64,000 bases of DNA from a virus. The stretch lies in UHGV virus genome UHGV-0084588, one strand, 5' to 3'. The notes below the pieces were generated by a model. That model did no database searches, was not told where the DNA came from, and was given only the letters and a program-made list of their open reading frames with translations. Position numbers and translations under genes: made by a program. Positions 37,150 to 47,831 of the stretch are shown piece after piece (positions within the stretch are counted from its first letter, which is position 1; every line of letters begins with the position of its first letter).

Positions 37150-38160
37150 ATGAAACGTCTTGATATTGATGTGGTGCCCAGTATCTCTGAACGCTCGTTG
37201 TATCAAACGTCAGGATTGAGGAAACTTGTTACGTTTGAAAATAACACTGGCGTACCTATTCACGTCACTGAAACCAGTGGCGGTAGCTTTATTTTAAATG
37301 CTTCGAAAAACCCCGCTGATGAGCATGGGGTTATCGTTTACGTAACGTATCAATCGTACGGAAGATGCGCGAATCTCAATGGGTTTGCTGAGCTGATGCC
37401 GGGAAAACATTTTTCTCGCTTTTGCGACCAATTGAAAGAAAAAGGGGAGGTAACGTTAGAGTATGCAGTAAACGATGTTGGCGCGTTGCTGCGAGGAGAT
37501 TTGGTTGTACTAAAGCAATTAGGGTTTGCTTTCTCAACAACACCTATACGCTTAGATAGTAAACCCCCAACTATGCGCCCTGGAGGTGAGCGCACTGAAT
37601 TTACATTGGGTGTTGTTGTTGTGCAGCGCTACGATGAGCCCGACAATTATCGGTGGCTACGTTTCTACGGTACGAAAATGAAAATCGAACCAATAACGTC
37701 ACGCTATTATGATCCGGGTGTTTACATGATAATAGGAGGTGGTACGAGGGTGGAAGGGAGTCGTATGATTCATTTTGAATTCGACGACATTACTTCACCG
37801 TTTAGATTATTTAAGGATGAGGCATCGGCGGACGCGTTTCGATGGCAAGAAGCAGTTCCCGGTCTTTATGAGATTAAGCAGCGTTTAGAGGAGCAGTACA
37901 AAGAAAAATTAGAAAGCTTGGATTCGGCAAAAGACAAGCTAGAATTGGAACACAAGAAACAACTACAGAGTATGGCTTTAGAAAAGGAGCGATTGACTTT
38001 AGCATTCAAACAACAGGAATTGGAAGCGAAGTCGCGGGCTGAGGCGCGTAAAGAATTCTACGAGACGCGTTCTTACATTCGTAAGGACGGCTCAGACCTA
38101 TTTAAATCTGTCCCTGCGTATTTGGCGGCGGGTGTCGCATTTATAGGGATGCTAACGTAA
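37150..38160 (+). CDS. hypothetical protein with coiled-coil and C-terminal membrane anchor
   Basis: 336 aa; E/K/L-rich heptad-like region near C-terminus then hydrophobic tail VPAYLAAGVAFIGMLT. Confidence 0.65.
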   Translation: MKRLDIDVVPSISERSLYQTSGLRKLVTFENNTGVPIHVTETSGGSFILNASKNPADEHGVIVYVTYQSYGRCANLNGFAELMPGKHFSRFCDQLKEKGEVTLEYAVNDVGALLRGDLVVLKQLGFAFSTTPIRLDSKPPTMRPGGERTEFTLGVVVVQRYDEPDNYRWLRFYGTKMKIEPITSRYYDPGVYMIIGGGTRVEGSRMIHFEFDDITSPFRLFKDEASADAFRWQEAVPGLYEIKQRLEEQYKEKLESLDSAKDKLELEHKKQLQSMALEKERLTLAFKQQELEAKSRAEARKEFYETRSYIRKDGSDLFKSVPAYLAAGVAFIGMLT

Positions 38161-38170
38161 GGAGCATGGC

Positions 38171-39946
38171 GTGTTTAAAGATGCAATCAAAAAGCTTAAA
38201 GAGAGTGGTAAAATAGTACCCTTTAACCGTGCGATTGCGGAAGGAGTCGGTTATACGCAAGCCAAAGATGGTATTCATGATCGCGTTCATCGAATCTTGA
38301 AACGTGAGCTAGATTACCATCCTGTAGAGAACCCTCGTGTTCCTGAAGGCTTGGCCGTGTTGGGTGTTCGTTTAATGTCGCCGTTCGAAACTTTTATCTA
38401 TAAGTTGTCTCGCTCAGAGAGCAGCAGAATGGATAAGCGTCGCGGGGTGATGTCTATCGCGAATACCGATGCGTATATGGTCATGTCGTCGTTCCGTATT
38501 CCTGGAGACTCAAGACCAATCTCAAGACCGATTAACTTGCCATTCATTCGTCGTGGTGGGTTGATGAACTATTACGGGACAACGTACCACGTTGCACCTG
38601 TTATTCATCAGCCGGGTATCTGTCGTGAGCATGGCGGGGTGTTTGTTAATTTTGACTTTAAACGTAAAGCGTCATTAAAATTCTGTAAGCATCCAGTACG
38701 TATTTTAGTGAATGGGAAGAAAGAAGAGTTGTTCTTGCCCGGAACAAACAATTTGTTTAAAGCCAAAAACGCCACACATCCTGACACGGACGAAAAACCG
38801 TTAATGTACTGGTTATTCGGACGTTATGGATTTAAGGAAGCCATCAAACGTTATACTGGCGTGGATGTGGAGATATATCCTGCATTCAAAGTACCTGAAA
38901 TCGATCTCGATAAAAAAGTAGTAATCGGTTCAGGTGAGCCTAAACATAATCGGTCGATTATGTACGTAGTGACGGTTCCTGCAGAGGCTTTACCGAATCT
39001 CGATAAAGCAGGATGGGATCAAAACGAGCACTTATTACTCGTGGCGATTTCTGCATTCTTTAAAGCAGCGCACTATTATTGCGGAAAGCAAGCGATTAAA
39101 AACGGCAACGTTGTTCCTTTACCGCCGTTGTTTACCGCTATTAACGAACTTGCAATGGAGGACGATGTTCTAAACCTGAATTCCTCCGCAATTTGGCGGG
39201 AGATTTTGGGGAGAAGTATTGTTGGACTTAAACCGTCTGATATTGAACTGGCACACAGCATGACGAAACACTATACGGAGTGTGAACGCTACGTTAACTC
39301 AACATTCCGTGGCGAGTTAATGATGTCAGATCCCGATATCCCAGACGATATGGATATGTTTGATTTCTTCTGGTACGCGACGAAGTTGATGGTGAGAACG
39401 CGCCTCACGAAACAAGGCGATATTCCGTCAATGTATGGAAAACGTCTGACCGTAACAGATTACCTGTTATTAGGTGAGCGTGGCTTTACACCTACCATTG
39501 CTGCGATTCGTTTTCACTTGGGACAAACGGAGAATAGAACACCGGAGTCTTGTGCGAACATGATACGCAGTGCGTTGAATAAAGACATTGTAACCAGCCT
39601 GGTATTGCGCAACATTACCGGTAACGGCGGTGTAAGTTATTTCAACGCTTCTACAGAGTCTATGGTGCTGGGGGTTTCAACCCATGCTATCAGCCAGACA
39701 GAAACAGAATCAAAACGTAGCAGCAAGGGCGGTAAGACGGTTAACCTTAACGACCGGACAAAACATGCCTCTGCATCTCATCTGGAATGTGGTAACGTGT
39801 ATTACATTCCGAAATCATCACCGTTCAAATCGGGCATTCTCAATCCGTATATGAAGACGAATACCCAACTGGTGATGGTGCGTAATCCAAAACTCAACGA
39901 CTTGATCCAAGCAACTGAAGAAGACATTGCGAAGATTGGCCGTTAA
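38171..39946 (+). CDS. hypothetical protein (591 aa)
   Basis: Long ORF 10 nt after upstream stop. Confidence 0.7.
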   Translation: MFKDAIKKLKESGKIVPFNRAIAEGVGYTQAKDGIHDRVHRILKRELDYHPVENPRVPEGLAVLGVRLMSPFETFIYKLSRSESSRMDKRRGVMSIANTDAYMVMSSFRIPGDSRPISRPINLPFIRRGGLMNYYGTTYHVAPVIHQPGICREHGGVFVNFDFKRKASLKFCKHPVRILVNGKKEELFLPGTNNLFKAKNATHPDTDEKPLMYWLFGRYGFKEAIKRYTGVDVEIYPAFKVPEIDLDKKVVIGSGEPKHNRSIMYVVTVPAEALPNLDKAGWDQNEHLLLVAISAFFKAAHYYCGKQAIKNGNVVPLPPLFTAINELAMEDDVLNLNSSAIWREILGRSIVGLKPSDIELAHSMTKHYTECERYVNSTFRGELMMSDPDIPDDMDMFDFFWYATKLMVRTRLTKQGDIPSMYGKRLTVTDYLLLGERGFTPTIAAIRFHLGQTENRTPESCANMIRSALNKDIVTSLVLRNITGNGGVSYFNASTESMVLGVSTHAISQTETESKRSSKGGKTVNLNDRTKHASASHLECGNVYYIPKSSPFKSGILNPYMKTNTQLVMVRNPKLNDLIQATEEDIAKIGR

Positions 39947-39985
39947 CGAATTAAATTATAGAAAAGACGTAACAGGAGTATAATA

Positions 39986-41638
39986 ATGGCAACTGTCAAT
40001 AAAGACGTAATTCGTAATCACATCTATAGCACAATCTCTAGTGGCCGCGACGAACTTTTATCATACCTTTGTAATCAAGCACGTGCTGCCGGATTGAATG
40101 ACGACAAATACATGGATAATGCCGTTACCGTCGCCACGTGGTTTGTATACAACCGTCGTCCAGATAACGAAACTGCATCGGCGATTCTGGCAACATTTAA
40201 ATCGACGCTGTATAGTGACTTACTGGGGCGTGGTATGCAGCCATTGGACCCGCGTATTCACAGCCAGCTGGAACAGGAATTCCGTACGGCGAATCAGTAT
40301 GCGGTACAAGCTAAACAGCTTATGGCGCAATCAAACACATTCGGTGGTCCAGCAATGGGCGGGTCGCCGAGCTTAGCGATGCCCGCGTCTGGCTTTCCAG
40401 GCAACGGCTATGGTAGCCCGCAACCAACGCCTGCGGTACAAGGGGGTTCTATCCCAATGTCAACTTACGATCCGCGCACAGCGGCACAGAAGCAAACAGC
40501 GCAACCGCAAGGTAACTTCGGTCAGCCTGCACAACAGCCTGCACAACAACCCGTGCAACAGGCACAGCCACAACCGACTGTTTCGCAGTCTATGGTGGAA
40601 GCTAACAAGCCGCGTGAGCTCGACGAGAAAACCATCGAAGAACTTGTCGAACGTTACAATAAACCTATCATCGACCATTTCCGGGTAGAAATTGTGGAAG
40701 ACTATTTAGATCACGAACTCAGAGAACAGATTAAGAAAAATATTCTTACGCCAAAAGAACTCAACGAACGCATCAAAAATTCACCGTATTCAAGCCACCA
40801 CAATTGGTCTGAAAAGGTTGACGAAATCATCGATAATGAAGACGTCGATTATTGCGTCTATGATGAAGCGGACGTGATGGTGAAAACCGAAAGTGAGTAT
40901 AAATTGTTCCCGATGGTAAGTACGGACTCGAGCAAAACTTACCTTCAAGAATTTTATACTGCCACCCGCCAGGCAATTGATGGTATTGAAGACATTCGCG
41001 ATATTGACGATCCAGAAGAGATGCTGAAGCGTACGATCGATGAGGTGTTCCGCATCCGTAAAATGTCTGAACGCCTACTGCAATATTTCAATACTCAGGC
41101 AGAAGAGCCGGATACACTGAAACAAAGTTGTGTGGAGTTCTGTCAACAGTTTAACGCAACACTCACTGTTTTGGTTCACAACGCGATTGCTGTTGCGACA
41201 AACTACGGTAAAGGTATTCCAGGTACGAAATTTGTGCAATTCGATTGCAACTTAAGCGATCTCGAATATTTCCGTGACACTCTGTTCCCGCGCACTATCG
41301 GTGAAAATGGCGTAACCACGGCTGCGGATTTCTTCCGCGAACTGTGCTTGCTGGTTGCACGTTCTGTTCGTAAGCTGCATTTCCGTCTGAAATCTAACGA
41401 TCGTGCTATTGAAATTTGCCGCGTAACATACACCATTCAACTGCCTGCGGATTATCCGTCTGCGAAAGGACGCAATATCGTAGAGATTTCCTCATTCGGT
41501 AATGCGTTTGAACCTATCGTCGGTATCTATGAAGCAATTAACCAACGCGCACCTGAAGCTATTGTGAAGCTGGCTACGCCGTCGGCATCGTACACGCTGC
41601 TTAGCAATGGTGAAATTACCGCGCCGGTGCGTTACTAA
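39986..41638 (+). CDS. hypothetical protein with Gln/Pro-rich disordered segment
   Basis: 550 aa; low-complexity stretch QPQGNFGQPAQQPAQQPVQQAQPQP around aa 110-200. Confidence 0.7.
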   Translation: MATVNKDVIRNHIYSTISSGRDELLSYLCNQARAAGLNDDKYMDNAVTVATWFVYNRRPDNETASAILATFKSTLYSDLLGRGMQPLDPRIHSQLEQEFRTANQYAVQAKQLMAQSNTFGGPAMGGSPSLAMPASGFPGNGYGSPQPTPAVQGGSIPMSTYDPRTAAQKQTAQPQGNFGQPAQQPAQQPVQQAQPQPTVSQSMVEANKPRELDEKTIEELVERYNKPIIDHFRVEIVEDYLDHELREQIKKNILTPKELNERIKNSPYSSHHNWSEKVDEIIDNEDVDYCVYDEADVMVKTESEYKLFPMVSTDSSKTYLQEFYTATRQAIDGIEDIRDIDDPEEMLKRTIDEVFRIRKMSERLLQYFNTQAEEPDTLKQSCVEFCQQFNATLTVLVHNAIAVATNYGKGIPGTKFVQFDCNLSDLEYFRDTLFPRTIGENGVTTAADFFRELCLLVARSVRKLHFRLKSNDRAIEICRVTYTIQLPADYPSAKGRNIVEISSFGNAFEPIVGIYEAINQRAPEAIVKLATPSASYTLLSNGEITAPVRY

Positions 41639-41682
41639 GGGGCTTCGTGCCCCCTAATCTATAGACACCACAGGACAGTATC

Positions 41683-41931
41683 ATGGCAGCCTATGTTGAT
41701 TATAGTAAAACAAAAATTGAGTTAAAGGAGATTGATACCGCCGCTCGTTTAAAACAACAACTTAATCTGGAGTTATACCAACTCCAAGTTCGGATGCACG
41801 AACGCGAACAGCTCATTGAAAAACGCCCAATTTTCATTGACGAGCGCCAAGTGAAACTGATCACTGCGGAACTGGAGGTAATGGCCGCAGAGAAATTGTT
41901 GTTAGAAGAACGCATTGCCGCTATTGTTTAA
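41683..41931 (+). CDS. small coiled-coil protein
   Basis: 82-aa ORF, helical heptad-like sequence; terminator follows. Confidence 0.55.
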   Translation: MAAYVDYSKTKIELKEIDTAARLKQQLNLELYQLQVRMHEREQLIEKRPIFIDERQVKLITAELEVMAAEKLLLEERIAAIV

Positions 41932-41941
41932 TCGCCCCCAC

Positions 41942-41975
41942 AGGAGAGCTTCGGCTCTCCTCCTTTATTTTTATT
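41942..41975 (+). terminator. rho-independent terminator
   Basis: aggagagc-ttcg-gctctcct then cctttatttttatt. Confidence 0.7.
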
Positions 41976-42019
41976 CCCCAATTTATTATAGCCGCCCACT
42001 ATAGTGAGGGAATGAGGAA

Positions 42020-42319
42020 ATGATTAAATATGTTGTTATTAATGTAAACTACGAACGTAGCCCACGTTTTCGCTTCGAATTACCTGAAACCGAAGCAACC
42101 ATGGAGTTTAATCGCTATTTATTAGAACATTCAAACACCAAAATTAATCACGGTAGATACTGGCTTATCTACTATAATGCCCGTAATGAATTACTGAAAG
42201 CCGTCAAGAAATCAGGTCAGTCGGAGCTGTTAGCGAAACTGATGGCGTACGATAACGATCCCTTAGCAATAGGAGTTATGTTAGACCTTGTTATTAAGAA
42301 AGATGAAATAGCGTGGTGA
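42020..42319 (+). CDS. hypothetical protein
   Basis: 99-aa ORF with GAGG SD; bidirectional terminator downstream. Confidence 0.55.
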   Translation: MIKYVVINVNYERSPRFRFELPETEATMEFNRYLLEHSNTKINHGRYWLIYYNARNELLKAVKKSGQSELLAKLMAYDNDPLAIGVMLDLVIKKDEIAW

Positions 42320-42378
42320 AAAAAGAAAAGCTACTCCGACCCCAGAAGGGTCGGAGTAAGCTCGAATTATTTTTTTTT
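42319..42378. terminator. bidirectional terminator between convergent genes
   Basis: Stem tactccgaccc/gggtcggagta flanked by A-run upstream and atttttttttt downstream. Confidence 0.75.
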
Positions 42379-42383
42379 GCTAT

Positions 42384-45101
42384 TTAGAGGGTTTCATCGG
42401 CGTTGTCGTCTGTACCGGTATCCGTCTCGTCTGTGCCTTCAGCAGAAACGTCTTCTTCCGTTGTCGTATCGGTTTCCGTCGTTTCATCATCAGACATGTC
42501 CAAGTCTTCATCACCGCCCATATCGTCACCTCCTAAGTCCTCATCGCCCCCTAAGCCGCCGTCGTCTTCAGACCCGCCACTGTAGTCACTACCGCCACCG
42601 AAGTTATTGGCGTCCTCAGGATTCAAATCAGCCGCTTTTGCCAAGGTTTCAACTTTACCTGTTGCACGCTTTGCTAACTGAATCAACGTTTTAGATGCTG
42701 ATGCGATTTCATCAGAAATCATCTTGACGTTTTCGCCACGTTTATCTTCGTCGTAGATCAAATCAAACAGATCGGTTTCGATGCCCTGATTGCGTAGCCA
42801 GTTACGCGTATAGAACGATTTAATCATCGTCTTGAGATCATCAGGCTGCATTTCGATACCTTCATTCTGAAGCATATTTGAAATGTCGTCGGTAACAACC
42901 AGATCCGCCAGTTTCTCAATGAACTCATAGCGTTTATCGAACAGATCCGCTTGTGAAGAAGAAGCTGATGTGTCTGGTGGTGGTAAGGTGACTTTCATGC
43001 CATTGATGAACTTCGCCAGATACTCTGACGTTTGCTTGGTCAAGTCTTCACTTGTTACGTTAGGATTTTGATTGCGAATATACTCAACGATAATACGAAT
43101 CAATTCTGCTTGTAACTTAGGAGAGGCTTGCAAACTGTTTGTCACGTAGCGTGTTAACGGCGTAGACAGGATTTCTTGTTTCTTCACGATTTGCTGAGTA
43201 ACCAGCAGTGACTTGGAATAAATCTGCGAAGCAAATTCCAGGTTTTCTGGGGTCAAAACAAGATCCGGGTCTACACACGCGATGTGGCAAGTACGGCGGA
43301 GTAAGTTTTCATCGATTTGCTGATCGGGCACTTTATACTCAGGCGTTGTGTCCGAAACGGACACTTTATGACTGGCGTAGTATTCGTTACCCGTCACGTT
43401 AAATGCAATCCCGGCATTAGCCCCCATTGACCAGGCATCGTTGATATCGCCCCACATCGGTAAACGACGATTATAGGAGTTGAGGATATCCGATTTAACT
43501 TGGTCAACTGTTTTCTGACCGTTCATATCGTCCGGCGATAACTCAATGTCATATTGCATGTGACGCGCTGAGTTCAACACTGAAGAGTTCATTGTTGCGA
43601 ACAACAGCGCCATCCTGACCGTAGAGATGATAAAGGAACGTTCGGTGATAGACACCCCGATACCATCTTCGTTAAAGTCCGTTGCAAAGTAGCATAAGTT
43701 ATTAACCGGGATATAGACAACCTGTGTGTGACGTTTTGCGAGATGACGTGCCAGTAGAATACGACCGAAGGTTTCGGTAATTTTCATGCTGATTTCGGCA
43801 CCACCCAACGCCTGACTTAAAGCGCGGGTAAATTCGTTCTCAGCAATCTCGCTGCAACGTGCGCTTAAACGGTTGGCGATTTCAGGCGTTATACGAGAGG
43901 TATTACCCAAGCCTAAATTAGAGCGGTTGATAATACTGTCTGTCATGCCATCGTTATTAAGGTAGTTCATAAAGTTCGCGTCCCCGTAGAGTGAGGAACG
44001 TGAGTTGATGAAGTTACCCATATCGTCAATAATGGTCAGAAACCCAATAGGGTTACGAACGTCGTCACCAATAACCAACGGGGCGGTAGACTCAGCAGGG
44101 AGTAAGCATTCGAAATAGTCGATCTGGTTGTTTTCATCCATCGAAATAATCGGGATGTTACCATAAAGCTGAGTTTTTGGTGTACTTTTGTACGCTTCGT
44201 TCAGATCACCTAAGTTAATGAAACCTTTTTCAGCCGCATCACGCTGACGATCGTTAAACTGTTGATTAACTTCGTACGGCGCAGCACCTGTCGGTGTGGC
44301 TGGCTTTTCATATGCGGCTTGCTCTAATTGGCCGTAGAGACCAGTACGTGCGTTCTCATGCGCGATTCGACGATAAGCATGGGGCAGTAACGTGATACGT
44401 GGGTTGTCGGTAATCGAGATGTCCATTTCGAACTTATCTGAGAACATCTTATCATGGTTACTGAAATTGATTTTCAGTGATTGTGGTCCTTTAACAGGTC
44501 CACGGACACGGCTCAGAATAGATTCCACACCCACCCGTTGTCCGTCTTCTTGCGCGTTAATTGGGCCGAGAATACCGAGTTGTTCTTCGAAATAGGCGGC
44601 TTGAGAACGACGCATGGATTCGGTAGCGACTTTGGTGTCTAAACCGAATAGCTGGTCAAATCCATTGTCCGAGATTATCATCACTGGACTTGCGCCTTTT
44701 GTTTTTAACGCGTCGTAAATCCACTGATATAATTTCTTAGGTAATTGACGTACGTTATCATGGTAATCGCGCGTTGGCGTCAGTAAGTCATTACGTAAGT
44801 CAATTGGAATGTCTGCGATGTTGTCGTAAATCAACGTGGTGTTGATTAAGTCTTTTGTCGACAGCAAGCTCGAAGTTGCAATGGTAACAATCGTTTCGAG
44901 TTCAGGTAACGCATCAAAGATACGTTCCGCGCTTTTGATAGTACGAATACGCGAACTTACAATTCCTGCAAGTTCTTGACGTGTTGGCGTAGAACCACCC
45001 TCGCTACGCGTACCGCGTTGTTGCTGGGGTGCTGGGCCCGTAGTTTTACGAAGAATTGCAGCTACGGCGGGGTCGCCCGTTAATTTACTAATATCGTCCA
45101 T
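42384..45101 (-). CDS. hypothetical 905-aa protein with acidic C-terminal tail; portal-protein candidate
   Basis: Long minus-strand ORF; last ~90 aa are G/D/E/T-rich; size and position five genes downstream of putative capsid gene fit a jumbo-phage portal, unverified. Confidence 0.4.
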   Translation of the reverse strand: MDDISKLTGDPAVAAILRKTTGPAPQQQRGTRSEGGSTPTRQELAGIVSSRIRTIKSAERIFDALPELETIVTIATSSLLSTKDLINTTLIYDNIADIPIDLRNDLLTPTRDYHDNVRQLPKKLYQWIYDALKTKGASPVMIISDNGFDQLFGLDTKVATESMRRSQAAYFEEQLGILGPINAQEDGQRVGVESILSRVRGPVKGPQSLKINFSNHDKMFSDKFEMDISITDNPRITLLPHAYRRIAHENARTGLYGQLEQAAYEKPATPTGAAPYEVNQQFNDRQRDAAEKGFINLGDLNEAYKSTPKTQLYGNIPIISMDENNQIDYFECLLPAESTAPLVIGDDVRNPIGFLTIIDDMGNFINSRSSLYGDANFMNYLNNDGMTDSIINRSNLGLGNTSRITPEIANRLSARCSEIAENEFTRALSQALGGAEISMKITETFGRILLARHLAKRHTQVVYIPVNNLCYFATDFNEDGIGVSITERSFIISTVRMALLFATMNSSVLNSARHMQYDIELSPDDMNGQKTVDQVKSDILNSYNRRLPMWGDINDAWSMGANAGIAFNVTGNEYYASHKVSVSDTTPEYKVPDQQIDENLLRRTCHIACVDPDLVLTPENLEFASQIYSKSLLVTQQIVKKQEILSTPLTRYVTNSLQASPKLQAELIRIIVEYIRNQNPNVTSEDLTKQTSEYLAKFINGMKVTLPPPDTSASSSQADLFDKRYEFIEKLADLVVTDDISNMLQNEGIEMQPDDLKTMIKSFYTRNWLRNQGIETDLFDLIYDEDKRGENVKMISDEIASASKTLIQLAKRATGKVETLAKAADLNPEDANNFGGGSDYSGGSEDDGGLGGDEDLGGDDMGGDEDLDMSDDETTETDTTTEEDVSAEGTDETDTGTDDNADETL

Positions 45102-45112
45102 TGGGGTCTCCG

Positions 45113-47296
45113 ATGCAGAGATTTAACATATTTCGTGATCAGAACATCGCGTTGGCGAAATCACTGATTATTAAATCAGAATCAATCGCGCAACAGATGA
45201 ATCTGGCAATAACCGAGAACGGCGGTTTCGTTTCCGATAACCGTAGTACGTGGCGATACTACCTGCATTTAGCAGGACAACGTCACGAAATGGATAAACC
45301 CATTTACATAACGTCGCTCGACACGCAAGAGCAGATAGAATTAACGACAGCCAACCTGTCCCGTCATAAAAAGACCTCTAACGTTTTTCGTTCGAATGCT
45401 GAGTATATTGAGGCATTGATCGCAACTTATCCTGAATACGCGATTTATATTCGCGGCGTCTTTACGCCAATCGATTTAAACTACGCGTTACGTGTAGACG
45501 ACTGTTCTATTTTGTACTACGACAGTTCGTTGGTAGAATCACAAGAGACGTCCTTGATTAGCCGTCTGGAGGCGAGAATTCGTGCAGCCCACGTCCGTTA
45601 CATGGCTGAGGGTTGGAAGGTCCACAACGACGCGTTTGTGTTAGCTTTCTATTGCATGTTGTTTCCGCAGCTACCAGGCATAATTGGCTATATTCGTTCT
45701 TCTTTACAGCATACGACAGAAACACACTCTTTCTTCGTTACCGAATTTTTAGCTTCGCATCAGGAACTGCACGAGTTTATGCCGTACCTGACTCAGAAAC
45801 AAAAATTCATTCTTTATCGAAATATTCGATACTGGGAACGTAACTCAGGGAAAGAAGAGATCTTCGATTGGCAAATCGATGCGCTACTGACAGGTTGGGG
45901 AATGCCTGCGGTCGGGTATAATGTTGCGCAGCAGATTCACGAACCGAAAGATAACGATGATAATTCCTTAACACCGTTGCCTATCGGTTATCAGCAATCT
46001 TTAAACTACACAGAGAAAGACTCTGGACGCGATTTGGATATTGTTACTACTACGGACATAATCCAAAAAGAGGTGGGGTTAGCGTATAATAACCCGGCGT
46101 ACGAACCGGAGTATCAAGAAGACCTAGACACACGGCTGAGTCTGACACAGTATCCCAACTTAACGACGAAGCTCGTAGAAGTAACCGCCGTTGACCCAGA
46201 AGCTATTGAGCGTTTTGAATACACACATAACCTCTTTAATGAATGGGTACATTTGGTAGCGAAGGGAAAATACAGCATCTACCACGAGATTCTTAACCCG
46301 ACAAACGGCGACACGTTAAAACTGAGTTCGAAAGAGCTGTTGGCGCTGTTTTTGTACGCGACGTATAAAGGTTACTCCGATGTTGCACTTGAAGAAATCC
46401 CCGTATTTAACGTTTTTGATGTCTTGATTAAACGTTGGGTTTCGTTCGATGAAATGGAACAACATCTTATCCCGAGTTGGGAACACCGTTTCGACGCACT
46501 GATTAACTATTACACCGACACCCACACCGAAGTGGTCGGAACGATTCTCAGTGCCGATGAACTTTACGACACGGTTAATGAAATTATCTTACAGAAACGC
46601 CGTCGTTGGCGTTATAGTCAAAACCGTCGTAAGATTCCCGACCGTGCTGCGGGTTTAATGTTGTTCGATTACCACTATCGCGATTACCGATGCGATTTAA
46701 AGTTAAAGTATCGTAACTACGACGAGTTCTTTAAGACCTTCGGTTTAGACTACACACTGGTCTCCGCAGAAACGTGGCAAGATATCGCAGTCGATGCATT
46801 GAACACCGCAACAAACCTTGAAACGCGTGCAACTATTTCGCAATCTGAAATACAGCGTGCGATGGTCCGATTAATGACCAAGCTTTCGTCGTATACCGTA
46901 CATTTTGCTGCGCGGATGGGGTCAGATTCTTACGACGTTATGGACCCGCTTTGTCCGATCTTAGGGGATATCCCTATGAGTGGGGAGGGTACAGTTACCA
47001 TCATTGAACCTCTCTTAGGCGTACAGTCAGTTACGCGACACCAATACATGACGACGGACAAAGTGCTCCCCGCAGCGCCGGTGATTAAAGAGCTGTCCAT
47101 GCCGCAACACATCAAACTACGGATGAACATTTACATGGGTATCCGTGTGAGAGTGAATCAGCAAGTCGTGGTGGATATTAATGAACCGACCACCGGGGTT
47201 GTTAAGGTCAAGTCTTCACTTGACGACTGGGCGTTAAACGAACAGGTGAAAATTAACGATCTCGAAGGGTTTACGTTAGACCAGCTACCTAAGTGA
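45113..47296 (+). CDS. hypothetical protein (728 aa)
   Basis: Long ORF from ATG 45113; start region overlaps SD of the divergent minus-strand gene; no Walker A seen. Confidence 0.7.
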   Translation: MQRFNIFRDQNIALAKSLIIKSESIAQQMNLAITENGGFVSDNRSTWRYYLHLAGQRHEMDKPIYITSLDTQEQIELTTANLSRHKKTSNVFRSNAEYIEALIATYPEYAIYIRGVFTPIDLNYALRVDDCSILYYDSSLVESQETSLISRLEARIRAAHVRYMAEGWKVHNDAFVLAFYCMLFPQLPGIIGYIRSSLQHTTETHSFFVTEFLASHQELHEFMPYLTQKQKFILYRNIRYWERNSGKEEIFDWQIDALLTGWGMPAVGYNVAQQIHEPKDNDDNSLTPLPIGYQQSLNYTEKDSGRDLDIVTTTDIIQKEVGLAYNNPAYEPEYQEDLDTRLSLTQYPNLTTKLVEVTAVDPEAIERFEYTHNLFNEWVHLVAKGKYSIYHEILNPTNGDTLKLSSKELLALFLYATYKGYSDVALEEIPVFNVFDVLIKRWVSFDEMEQHLIPSWEHRFDALINYYTDTHTEVVGTILSADELYDTVNEIILQKRRRWRYSQNRRKIPDRAAGLMLFDYHYRDYRCDLKLKYRNYDEFFKTFGLDYTLVSAETWQDIAVDALNTATNLETRATISQSEIQRAMVRLMTKLSSYTVHFAARMGSDSYDVMDPLCPILGDIPMSGEGTVTIIEPLLGVQSVTRHQYMTTDKVLPAAPVIKELSMPQHIKLRMNIYMGIRVRVNQQVVVDINEPTTGVVKVKSSLDDWALNEQVKINDLEGFTLDQLPK

Positions 47297-47303
47297 GAAA
47301 ACC

Positions 47304-47831
47304 ATGGCATATCGTGTCGATTTAACGAAAGCACCTAAACAAATTTTAGTAGACCGGATTAACTACGTATTTAGTCTATCCTATACTGCTGATAACATCG
47401 AGTTTAACGCAAACGGCGTTCAACCACTAACTTTAGCAGAACGTCAACGTTACGGGCTAGAATCAAAGGTTGCTGCCGTCTTCCGTAACGGCGTTGTCGG
47501 AAACCAGGAATTCATTTTAACTCGCGTTGATTTGGCAACGTTCCTGGCCGATGAACCGGTGAGTGTACCGAAAGGCGCAGTAACGTCCAGCGAAGAGTTG
47601 GCCGATTATATCGTTGCGCAAACAGGGATTGACCTGCGTGCCGACGACATTATGATTGAGCCGATTTCAGAGGAGCTGGATTCTTATGATGTTCGTCTCG
47701 TCCCGAATCATTTGTCTTTTAAAGGAACGATTCCGGTCGTATTTACTGATTCCACTCCACGCAAATTGGCGTCTCTTGTGACGAAATTGGCGTTGGATGG
47801 GTTCCGCCCAGGAGAATTAATCAATGTCTAA
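47304..47831 (+). CDS. hypothetical protein
   Basis: 175-aa ORF. Confidence 0.65.
   Translation: MAYRVDLTKAPKQILVDRINYVFSLSYTADNIEFNANGVQPLTLAERQRYGLESKVAAVFRNGVVGNQEFILTRVDLATFLADEPVSVPKGAVTSSEELADYIVAQTGIDLRADDIMIEPISEELDSYDVRLVPNHLSFKGTIPVVFTDSTPRKLASLVTKLALDGFRPGELINV

Noticed and set aside
37735-37746. GGGT motif (IIGGGTRVEG) reminiscent of the tubulin/FtsZ signature
   Set aside because: Sits near residue 196 of a 336-aa protein with no N-terminal GxGxxG loop; position and context do not fit a tubulin fold.
41997-42011. T7-like promoter fragment CACTATAGtGAGGGA
   Set aside because: Only an 8-nt core match, expected by chance in 64 kb; nothing in the window suggests a single-subunit RNA polymerase.
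42377-42694. 105-aa Arg/Pro/Ser-rich plus-strand ORF
   Set aside because: Lies antisense to the acidic tail of the 905-aa gene; composition is a mirror artefact.
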